In this document: one piece after another, positions 25,147 to 37,118 of the stretch | Layout: every line of letters begins with the position of its first letter | Position numbering within the stretch: position 1 is the first letter of the stretch | NCBI RefSeq assembly: GCF_009914755.1 | Contig: NC_060931.1 | Strand: one strand, 5' to 3' | Source: the human T2T-CHM13v2.0 reference genome, Homo sapiens | Length of the DNA stretch: 64,000 bases | Position numbers and translations under genes: made by a program | The notes under the pieces: generated by a model | Seen by the model: the letters and a program-made list of their open reading frames with translations, nothing else | What the model was told of the DNA's origin: nothing | Databases searched by the model: none

Positions 25147-28100
25147 GTGATGTGTGCCTTCAACTCACAGAGTTCAACCTTTCTTTTCTTAGAGCAGTTT
25201 AGAAACACTCTGCTTGTTATGTCTGCAAGTGGATATTTGGACCTCTTTGAGGCCTTCGTTGCAAACGGGGTTTCTTCCTTTCATGCTAGACTAAGAAGAG
25301 TTCTCAGTAACTTTTTTGTGTTGTGTGTATTCAACTCACAGAGTTGAACCTTGCTTTAGAGAGAGCAGATTTGAAACACTCTTGCTGTGGCATTTTCAGG
25401 TGGAGATTTCAAGCGATTTGAGGACAATTGCAGAAAAGGAAATATCTTCGTATAATAACCAGACAGAATCATTCTCAGAAAGTGCTTTGTGATGTGTGCG
25501 TTCAACTCACAGAGTTTAACCTTTCTTTTCATAGAGGAGTTTGGAAACACACTGTTTGTAAAGTCTGCAAGTGGATACATGGACCTGTTTGAGGCCTTCG
25601 TTGGAAACGGGATTTCTTCATTGAATGCTAGACGGAAGAATTCTCAGTAAATTCTTTGTGTTGTGTGCATTCAACTCACAGAGTGGAACGTCCCTTTAGA
25701 CAGAGCAGATTTGAAACACTCTTTTTGCGGAATTTGCAAGTGGAGATTTCTAGCCATTTGATGCCAACAGTAGAAAGGGAAATATCTTCAAATAAAAACC
25801 AGACAGAATCATTCTCAGAAAATTCTTTGTGATGTGTGCGTTCAACTCACATAGTTTAACCTTTCTTTTCATAGAGCAGTTTGGAAACACACTGTTTGTA
25901 ACGTCTGCAAGTGGATATATGGACCGCATTGAGGCCTTCGTTGGAAACGGGATTTCTTCATTTCATGCTAGACAGAAGAATTCTCAGTTACTTCTTTGTG
26001 CTGTGTGTATTCAACTCACAGAGTGGAACGTCCCTTTGCACAGAGCAGATTTGAAACACTCTTTTTGTGGAGTTTGCAAGTGGAGATTTCAAGCGATTTG
26101 ATGCCAACAGTAGAAAAGGAAATATCTTCAAATAGAAACTAGACAGAATCATTCTCAGAAACTACTTTGTGATGTGTGCCTTCAACTCACAGAGTTTAAC
26201 CTTTCTTTTCTTAGAGCAGTTTAGAAACACTCTGCTTGTTACGTCTGCAAGTGGATATTTGGACCTCTTTGAGGCCTTCGTTGCAAACGGGGTTTCTTCC
26301 TTTCATGCTAGACTAAGAAGAGTTCTCAGTAACTTTTTTGTGTTGTGTGTATTCAACTCACAGAGTTGAACCTTGCTTTAGAGAGAGCAGATTTGAAACA
26401 CTCTTGCTGTGGCATTTTCAGGTGGAGATTTCAAGCGATTTGAGGACAATTGCAGAAAAGGAAATATCTTCGTATAATAACCAGACAGAATCATTCTCAG
26501 AAAGTGCTTTGTGATGTGTGCGTTCAACTCACAGAGTTTAACCTTTCTTTTCATAGAGGAGTTTGGAAACACACTGTTTGTAAAGTCTGCAAGTGGATAT
26601 ATGGACCTGTTTGAGGCCTTCGTTGGAAACGGGATTTCTTCATTGAATGCTAGACGGAAGAATTCTCAGTAAATTCTTTGTGTTGTGTGCATTCAACTCA
26701 CAGAGTGGAACGTCCCTTTAGACACAGCAGATTTGAAACACTCTTTTTGCGGAATTTGCAAGTGGAGATTTCTAGCCATTTGATGCCAACAGTAGAAAGG
26801 GAAATATCTTCAAATAAAAACCAGACAGAATCATTCTCAGCAAATTCTTTGTGATGTGTGCGTTCAACTCACATAGTTTAACCTTTCTTTTCATAGAGCA
26901 GTTTGGAAACACTCTGTTTGTAAAGTCTGCAAGTGGATATATGGACCGCATTGAGGCCTTCGTTGGAAACGGGATTTCTTCATTTCATGCTAGACAGAAG
27001 AATTCTCAGTAACTTCTTTGTGCTGTGTGTATTCAACTCACAGAGTGGAACGTCCCTTTGCACAGAGCAGATTTGAAACACTCTTTTTGTGGAGTTTGCA
27101 AGTGGAGATTTCAAGCGATTTGATGCCAACAGTAGAAAAGGAAATATCTTCAAATAAAAACTAGACAGAATCATTCTCAGAAACTACTTTGTGATGTGTG
27201 CCTTCAACTCACAGAGTTCAACCTTTCTTTTCTTAGAGCAGTTTAGAAACACTCTGCTTGTTATGTCTGCAAGTGGATATTTGGACCTCTTTGAGGCCTT
27301 CGTTGCAAACGGGGTTTCTTCCTTTCATGCTAGACTAAGAAGAGTTCTCAGTAACTTTTTTGTGTTGTGTGTATTCAACTCACAGAGTTGAACCTTGCTT
27401 TAGAGAGAGCAGATTTGAAACACTCTTGCTGTGGCATTTTCAGGTGGAGATTTCAAGCGATTTGAGGACAATTGCAGAAAAGGAAATATCTTCGTATAAT
27501 AACCAGACAGAATGATTCTCAGAAAGTGCTTTGTGATGTGTGCGTTCAACTCACAGAGTTTAACCTTTCTTTTCATAGAGGAGTTTGGAAACACACTGTT
27601 TGTAAAGTCTGCAAGTGGATACATGGACCTGTTTGAGGCCTTCGTTGGAAACGGGATTTCTTCATTGAATGCTAGACGGAAGAATTCTCAGTAAATTCTT
27701 TGTGTTGTGTACATTCAACTCACAGAGTGGAACGTCCCTTTAGACAGAGCAGATTTGAAACACTCTTTTTGCGGAATTTGCAAGTGGAGATTTCTAGCCA
27801 TTTGATGCCAACAGTAGAAAGGGAAATATCTTCAAATAAAAACCAGACAGAATCATTCTCAGAAAATTCTTTGTGATGTGTGCGTTCAACTCACATAGTT
27901 TAACCTTTCTTTTCATAGAGCAGTTTGGAAACACTCTGTTTGTAAAGTCTGCAAGTGGATATATGGACCGCATTGAGGCCTTCGTTGGAAACGGGATTTC
28001 TTCATTTCATGCTAGACAGAAGAATTCTCAGTAACTTCTTTGTGCTGTGTGTATTCAACTCACAGATTGGAACGTCCCTTTACACAGAGCAGATTTGAAA

Positions 28101-31100
28101 CACTCTTTTTGTGGAGTTTGCAAGTGGAGATTTCAAGCGATTTGATGCCAACAGTAGAAAAGGAAATATCTTCAAATAAAAACTAGACAGAATCATTCTC
28201 AGAAACTACTTTGTGATGTGTGCCTTCAACTCACAGAGTTTAACCTTTCTTTTCTTAGAGCAGTTTAGAAACACTCTGCTTGTTATGTCTGCAAGTGGAT
28301 ATTTGGACCTCTTTGAGGCCTTCGTTGCAAACGGGGTTTCTTCCTTTCATGCTAGACTAAGAAGAGTTCTCAGTAACTTTTTTGTGTTGTGTGTATTCAA
28401 CTCACAGAGTTGAACCTTGCTTTAGAGAGAGCAGATTTGAAACACTCTTGCTGTGGCATTTTCAGGTGGAGATTTCAAGCGATTTGAGGACAATTGCAGA
28501 AAAGGAAATATCTTCGTATAATAACCAGACAGAATCATTCTCAGAAAGTGCTTTGTGATGTGTGCGTTCAACTCACAGAGTTTAACCTTTCTTTTCATAG
28601 AGGAGTTTGGAAACACACTGTTTGTAAGGACTGCAAGTGGATATATGGACCTGTTTGAGGCCTTCGTTGGAAACGGGATTTCTTCATTGAATGCTAGACG
28701 GAAGAATTCTCAGTAAATTCTTTGTGTTGTGTGCATTCAACTCACAGAGTGGAACGTCCCTTTAGACAGAGCAGATTTGAAACACTCTTTTTGCGGAATT
28801 TGCAAGTGGAGATTTCTAGCCATTTGATGCCAACAGTAGAAAGGGAAATATCTTCAAATAAAAACCAGACAGAATCATTCTCAGCAAATTCTTTGTGATG
28901 TGTGCGTTCAACTCACATAGTTTAACCTTTCTTTTCATAGAGCAGTTTGGAAACACTCTGTTTGTAAAGTCTGCAAGTGGATATATGGACCGCACTGAGG
29001 CCTTCGTTGGAAACGGGATTTCTTCATTTCATGCTAGACAGAAGAATTCTCAGTAACTTCTTTGTGCTGTGTGTATTCAACTCACAGAGTGGAACGTCCC
29101 TTTGCACAGAGCAGATTTGAAACACTCTTTTTGTGGAGTTTGCAAGTGGAGATTTCAAGCGATTTGATGCCAACAGTAGAAAAGGAAATATCTTCAAATA
29201 AAAACTAGACAGAATCATTCTCAGAAACTACTTTGTGATGTGTGCCTTCAACTCACAGAGTTCAACCTTTCTTTTCTTAGAGCAGTTTAGAAACACTCTG
29301 CTTGTTATGTCTGCAAGTGGATATTTGGACCTCTTTGAGGCCTTCGTTGCAAACGGGGTTTCTTCCTTTCATGCTAGACTAAGAAGAGTTCTCAGTAACT
29401 TTTTTGTGTTGTGTGTATTCAACTCACAGAGTTGAACCTTGCTTTAGAGAGAGCAGATTTGAAACACTCTTGCTGTGGCATTTTCAGGTGGAGATTTCAA
29501 GCGATTTGAGGACAATTGCAGAAAAGGAAATATCTTCGTATAATAACCAGACAGAATCATTCTCAGAAAGTGCTTTGTGATGTGTGCGTTCAACTCACAG
29601 AGTTTAACCTTTCTTTTCATAGAGGAGTTTGGAAACACACTGTTTGTAAAGTCTGCAAGTGGATACATGGACCTGTTTGAGGCCTTCGTTGGAAACGGGA
29701 TTTCTTCATTGAATGCTAGACGGAAGAATTCTCAGTAAATTCTTTGTGTTGTGTGCATTCAACTCACAGAGTGGAACGTCCCTTTAGACAGAGCAGATTT
29801 GAAACACTCTTTTTGCGGAATTTGCAAGTGGAGATTTCTAGCCATTTGATGCCAACAGTAGAAAGGGAAATATCTTCAAATAAAAACCAGACAGAATCAT
29901 TCTCAGAAAATTCTTTGTGATGTGTGCGTTCAACTCACATAGTTTAACCTTTCTTTTCATAGAGCAGTTTGGAAACACTCTGTTTGTAAAGTCTGCAAGT
30001 GGATATATGGACCGCATTGAGGCCTTCGTTGGAAACGGGATTTCTTCATTTCATGCTAGACAGAAGAATTCTCAGTAACTTCTTTGTGCTGTGTGTATTC
30101 AACTCACAGAGTGGAACGTCCCTTTGCACAGAGCAGATTTGAAACACTCTTTTTGTGGAGTTTGCAAGTGGAGATTTCAAGCGATTTGATGCCAACAGTA
30201 GAAAAGGAAATATCTTCAAATAAAAACTAGACAGAATCATTCTCAGAAACTACTTTGTGATGTGTGCCTTCAACTCACAGAGTTTAACCTTTCTTTTCTT
30301 AGAGCAGTTTAGAAACACTCTGCTTGTTATGTCTGCAAGTGGATATTTGGACCTCTTTGAGGCCTTCGTTGCAAACGGGGTTTCTTCCTTTCATGCTAGA
30401 CTAAGAAGAGTTCTCAGTAACTTTTTTGTGTTGTGTGTATTCAACTCACAGAGTTGAACCTTGCTTTAGAGAGAGCAGATTTGAAACACTCTTGCTGTGG
30501 CATTTTCAGGTGGAGATTTCAAGCGATTTGAGGACAATTGCAGAAAAGGAAATATCTTCGTATAATAACCAGACAGAATCATTCTCAGAAAGTGCTTTGT
30601 GATGTGTGCGTTCAACTCACAGAGTTTAACCTTTCTTTTCATAGAGGAGTTTGGAAACACACTGTTTGTAAAGTCTGCAAGTGGATACATGGACCTGTTT
30701 GAGGCCTTCGTTGGAAACGGGATTTCTTCATTGAATGCTAGACGGAAGAATTCTCAGTAAATTCTTTGTGTTGTGTGCATTCAACTCACAGAGTGGAACG
30801 TCCCTTTAGACAGAGCAGATTTGAAACACTCTTTTTGCGGAATTTGCAAGTGGAGATTTCTAGCCATTTGATGCCAACAGTAGAAAGGGAAATATCTTCA
30901 AATAAAAACCAGACAGAATCATTCTCAGAAAATTCTTTGTGATGTGTGCGTTCAACTCACATAGTTTAACCTTTCTTTTCATAGAGCAGTTTGGAAACAC
31001 TCTGTTTGTAAAGTCTGCAAGTGGATATATGGACCGCATTGAGGCCTTCGTTGGAAACGGGATTTCTTCATTTCATGCTAGACAGAAGAATTCTCAGTAA

Positions 31101-34100
31101 CTTCTTTGTGCTGTGTGTATTCAACTCACAGAGTGGAACGTCCCTTTACACAGAGCAGATTTGAAACACTCTTTTTGTGGAGTTTGCAAGTGGAGATTTC
31201 AAGCGATTTGATGCCAACAGTAGAAAAGGAAATATCTTCAAATAAAAACTAGACAGAATCATTCTCAGAAACTACTTTGTGATGTGTACCTTCAACTCAC
31301 AGAGTTTAACCTTTCTTTTCTTAGAGCAGTTTAGAAACACTCTGCTTGTTATGACTGCAAGTGGATATTTGGACCTCTTTGAGGCCTTCGTTGCAAACGG
31401 GGTTTCTTCCTTTCATGCTAGACTAAGAAGAGTTCTCAGTAACTTTTTTGTGTTGTGTGTATTCAACTCACAGAGTTGAACCTTGCTTTAGAGAGAGCAG
31501 ATTTGAAACACTCTTGCTGTGGCATTTTCAGGTGGAGATTTCAAGCGATTTGAGGACAATTGCAGAAAAGGAAATATCTTCGTATAATAACCAGACAGAA
31601 TCATTCTCAGAAAGTGCTTTGTGATGTGTGCGTTCAACTCACAGAGTTTAACCTTTCTTTTCATAGAGGAGTTTGGAAACACACTGTTTGTAAGGACTGC
31701 AAGTGGATATATGGACCTGTTTGAGGCCTTCGTTGGAAACGGGATTTCTTCATTGAATGCTAGACGGAAGAATTCTCAGTAAATTCTTTGTGTTGTGTGC
31801 ATTCAACTCACAGAGTGGAACGTCCCTTTAGACACAGCAGATTTGAAACACTCTTTTTGCGGAATTTGCAAGTGGAGATTTCTAGCCATTTGATGCCAAC
31901 AGTAGAAAGGGAAATATCTTCAAATAAAAACCAGACAGAATCATTCTCAGCAAATTCTTTGTGATGTGTGCGTTCAACTCACATAGTTTAACCTTTCTTT
32001 TCATAGAGCAGTTTGGAAACACTCTGTTTGTAAAGTCTGCAAGTGGATATATGGACCGCATTGAGGCCTTCGTTGGAAACGGGATTTCTTCATTTCATGC
32101 TAGACAGAAGAATTCTCAGTAACTTCTTTGTGCTGTGTGTATTCAACTCACAGAGTGGAACGTCCCTTTGCACAGAGCAGATTTGAAACACTCTTTTTGT
32201 GGAGTTTGCAAGTGGAGATTTCAAGCGATTTGATGCCAACAGTAGAAAAGGAAATATCTTCAAATAAAAACTAGACAGAATCATTCTCAGAAACTACTTT
32301 GTGATGTGTGCCTTCAACTCACAGAGTTCAACCTTTCTTTTCTTAGAGCAGTTTAGAAACACTCTGCTTGTTATGTCTGCAAGTGGATATTTGGACCTCT
32401 TTGAGGCCTTCGTTGCAAACGGGGTTTCTTCCTTTCATGCTAGACTAAGAAGAGTTCTCAGTAACTTTTTTGTGTTGTGTGTATTCAACTCACAGAGTTG
32501 AACCTTGCTTTAGAGAGAGCAGATTTGAAACACTCTTGCTGTGGCATTTTCAGGTGGAGATTTCAAGCGATTTGAGGACAATTGCAGAAAAGGAAATATC
32601 TTCGTATAATAACCAGACAGAATCATTCTCAGAAAGTGCTTTGTGATGTGTGCGTTCAACTCACAGAGTTTAACCTTTCTTTTCATAGAGTAGTTTGGAA
32701 ACACACTGTTTGTAAAGTCTACAAGTGGATACATGGACCTGTTTGAGGTCTTCGTTGGAAACGGGATTTCTTCATTGAATGCTAGACGGAAGAATTCTCA
32801 GTAAATTCTTTGTGTTGTGTGCATTCAACTCACAGAGTGGAACGTCCCTTTAGACACAGCAGATTTGAAACACTCTTTTTGCGGAATTTGCAAGTGGAGA
32901 TTTCTAGCCATTTGATGCCAACAGTAGAAAGGGAAATATCTTCAAATAAAAACCAGACAGAATCATTCTCAGAAAATTCTTTGTGATGTGTGCGTTCAAC
33001 TCACATAGTTTAACCTTTCTTTTCATAGAGCAGTTTGGAAACACTCTGTTTGTAAAGTCTGCAAGTGGATATATGGACCGCATTGAGGCCTTCGTTGGAA
33101 ACGGGATTTCTTCATTTCATGCTAGACAGAAGAATTCTCAGTAACTTCTTTGTGCTGTGTGTATTCAACTCACAGAGTGGAACGTCCCTTTGCACAGAGC
33201 AGATTTGAAACACTCTTTTTGTGGAGTTTGCAAGTGGAGATTTCAAGCGATTTGATGCCAACAGTAGAAAAGGAAATATCTTCAAATAAAAACTAGACAG
33301 AATCATTCTCAGAAACTACTTTGTGATGTGTGCCTTCAACTCACAGAGTTTAACCTTTCTTTTCTTAGAGCAGTTTAGAAACACTCTGCTTGTTATGTCT
33401 GCAAGTGGATATTTGGACCTCTTTGAGGCCTTCGTTGCAAACGGGGTTTCTTCCTTTCATGCTAGACTAAGAAGAGTTCTCAGTAACTTTTTTGTGTTGT
33501 GTGTATTCAACTCACAGAGTTGAACCTTGCTTTAGAGAGAGCAGATTTGAAACACTCTTGCTGTGGCATTTTCAGGTGGAGATTTCAAGCGATTTGAGGA
33601 CAATTGCAGAAAAGGAAATATCTTCGTATAATAACCAGACAGAATCATTCTCAGAAAGTGCTTTGTGATGTGTGCGTTCAACTCACAGAGTTTAACCTTT
33701 CTTTTCATAGAGGAGTTTGGAAACACACTGTTTGTAAAGTCTGCAAGTGGATACATGGACCTGTTTGAGGCCTTCGTTGGAAACGGGATTTCTTCATTGA
33801 ATGCTAGACGGAAGAATTCTCAGTAAATTCTTTGTGTTGTGTGCATTCAACTCACAGAGTGGAACGTCCCTTTAGACACAGCAGATTTGAAACACTCTTT
33901 TTGCGGAATTTGCAAGTGGAGATTTCTAGCCATTTGATGCCAACAGTAGAAAGGGAAATATCTTCAAATAAAAACCAGACAGAATCATTCTCAGCTAATT
34001 CTTTGTGATGTGTGCGTTCAACTCACATAGTTTAACCTTTCTTTTCATAGAGCAGTTTGGAAACACTCTGTTTGTAAAGTCTGCAAGTGGATATATGGAC

Positions 34101-35366
34101 CGCATTGAGGCCTTCGTTGGAAACGGGATTTCTTCATTTCATGCTAGACAGAAGAATTCTCAGTAACTTCTTTGTGCTGTGTGTATTCAACTCACAGAGT
34201 GGAACGTCCCTTTGCACAGAGCAGATTTGAAACACTCTTTTTGTGGAGTTTGCAAGTGGAGATTTCAAGCGATTTGATGCCAACAGTAGAAAAGGAAGTA
34301 TCTTCAAATAAAAACTAGACAGAATCATTCTCAGAAACTACTTTGTGATGTGTGCCTTCAACTCACAGAGTTCAACCTTTCTTTTCTTAGAGCAGTTTAG
34401 AAACACTCTGCTTGTTATGTCTGCAAGTGGATATTTGGACCTCTTTGAGGCCTTCGTTGCAAACGGGGTTTCTTCCTTTCATGCTAGACTAAGAAGAGTT
34501 CTCAGTAACTTTTTTGTGTTGTGTGTATTCAACTCACAGAGTTGAACCTTGCTTTAGAGAGAGCAGATTTGAAACACTCTTGCTGTGGCATTTTCAGGTG
34601 GAGATTTCAAGCGATTTGAGGACAATTGCAGAAAAGTAAATATCTTCGTATAATAACCAGACAGAATCATTCTCAGAAAGTGCTTTGTGATGTGTGCGTT
34701 CAACTCACAGAGTTTAACCTTTCTTTTCATAGAGGAGTTTGGAAACACACTGTTTGTAAAGTCTGCAAGTGGATACATGGACCTGTTTGAGGCCTTCGTT
34801 GGAAACGGGATTTCTTCATTGAATGCTAGACGGAAGAATTCTCAGTAAATTCTTTGTGTTGTGTGCATTCAACTCACAGAGTGGAACGTCCCTTTAGACA
34901 GAGCAGATTTGAAACACTCTTTTTGCGGAATTTGCAAGTGGAGATTTCTAGCCATTTGATGCCAACAGTAGAAAGGGAAATATCTTCAAATAAAAACCAG
35001 ACAGAATCATTCTCAGAAAATTCTTTGTGATGTGTGCGTTCAACTCACATAGTTTAACCTTTCTTTTCATAGAGCAGTTTGGAAACACTCTGTTTGTAAA
35101 GTCTGCAAGTGGATATATGGACCGCATTGAGGCCTTCGTTGGAAACGGGATTTCTTCATTTCATGCTAGACAGAAGAATTCTCAGTAACTTCTTTGTGCT
35201 GTGTGTATTCAACTCACAGAGTGGAACGTCCCTTTGCACAGAGCAGATTTGAAACACTCTTTTTGTGGAGTTTGCAAGTGGAGATTTCAAGCAATTTGAT
35301 GCCAACAGTAGAAAAGGAAATATCTTCAAATAAAAACTAGACAGAATCATTCTCAGAAACTACTTT

Positions 35367-36048
35367 GTGATGTGTGCCTTCAACTCACAGAGTTTAACCT
35401 TTCTTTTCTTAGAGCAGTTTAGAAACACTCTGCTTGTTACGTCTGCAAGTGGATATTTGGACCTCTTTGAGGCCTTCGTTGCAAACGGGGTTTCTTCCTT
35501 TCATGCTAGACTAAGAAGAGTTCTCAGTAACTTTTTTGTGTTGTGTGTATTCAACTCACAGAGTTGAACCTTGCTTTAGAGAGAGCAGATTTGAAACACT
35601 CTTGCTGTGGCATTTTCAGGTGGAGATTTCAAGCGATTTGAGGACAATTGCAGAAAAGGAAATATCTTCGTATAATAACCAGACAGAATCATTCTCAGAA
35701 AGTGCTTTGTGATGTGTGCGTTCAACTCACAGAGTTTAACCTTTCTTTTCATAGAGGAGTTTGGAAACACACTGTTTGTAAAGTCTGCAAGTGGATACAT
35801 GGACCTGTTTGAGGCCTTCGTTGGAAACGGGATTTCTTCATTTCATGCTAGACAGAAGAATTCTCAGTAACTTCTTTGTGCTGTGTGTATTCAACTCACA
35901 GAGTGGAACGTCCCTTTACACAGAGCAGATTTGAAACACTCTTTTTGTGGAGTTTGCAAGTGGAGATTTCAAGCGATTTGATGCCAACAGTAGAAAAGGA
36001 AATATCTTCAAATAAAAACTAGACAGAATCATTCTCAGAAACTACTTT
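35367..36048 (+). repeat. 4-mer (682 bp) HOR structural variant, deletion type A, copy 2
   Basis: Spacing 35367 to 36049 is 682 bp. It has the same hybrid junction (35809-35842) and the same flanking SNVs as copy 1. Confidence 0.93.
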
Positions 36049-37118
36049 GTGATGTGTGCCTTCAACTCACAGAGTTTAACCTTTCTTTTCTTAGAGCAGT
36101 TTAGAAACACTCTGCTTGTTATGACTGCAAGTGGATATTTGAACCTCTTTGAGGCCTTCGTTGCAAACGGGGTTTCTTCCTTTCATGCTAGACTAAGAAG
36201 AGTTCTCAGTAACTTTTTTGTGTTGTGTGTATTCAACTCACAGAGTTGAACCTTGCTTTAGAGAGAGCAGATTTGAAACACTCTTGCTGTGGCATTTTCA
36301 GGTGGAGATTTCAAGCGATTTGAGGACAATTGCAGAAAAGGAAATATCTTCGTATAATAACCAGACAGAATCATTCTCAGAAAGTGCTTTGTGATGTGTG
36401 CGTTCAACTCACAGAGTTTAACCTTTCTTTTCATAGAGGAGTTTGGAAACACACTGTTTGTAAGGACTGCAAGTGGATATATGGACCTGTTTGAGGCCTT
36501 CGTTGGAAACGGGATTTCTTCATTGAATGCTAGACGGAAGAATTCTCAGTAAATTCTTTGTGTTGTGTGCATTCAACTCACAGAGTGGAACGTCCCTTTA
36601 GACACAGCAGATTTGAAACACTCTTTTTGCGGAATTTGCAAGTGGAGATTTCTAGCCATTTGATGCCAACAGTAGAAAGGGAAATATCTTCAAATAAAAA
36701 CCAGACAGAATCATTCTCAGCAAATTCTTTGTGATGTGTGCGTTCAACTCACATAGTTTAACCTTTCTTTTCATAGAGCAGTTTGGAAACACTCTGTTTG
36801 TAAAGTCTGCAAGTGGATATATGGACCGCATTGAGGCCTTCGTTGGAAACGGGATTTCTTCATTTCATGCTAGACAGAAGAATTCTCAGTAACTTCTTTG
36901 TGCTGTGTGTATTCAACTCACAGAGTGGAACGTCCCTTTGCACAGAGCAGATTTGAAACACTCTTTTTGTGGAGTTTGCAAGTGGAGATTTCAAGCGATT
37001 TGATGCCAACAGTAGAAAAGGAAATATCTTCAAATAAAAACTAGACAGAATCATTCTCAGAAACTACTTTGTGATGTGTGCCTTCAACTCACAGAGTTCA
37101 ACCTTTCTTTTCTTAGAA

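Noticed and set aside
25829-26101. Unique 90-aa ORF
   Set aside because: It arises from one SNV (25989) that removes a stop codon in ordinary satellite sequence.
27512-27694. Unique 60-aa ORF
   Set aside because: A single C>G creates an ATG in satellite sequence.
7533-35842. Recurrent deletion hotspot inferred from two identical junctions
   Set aside because: Shared rare flanking SNVs at a constant 28276 offset indicate one event copied by duplication.
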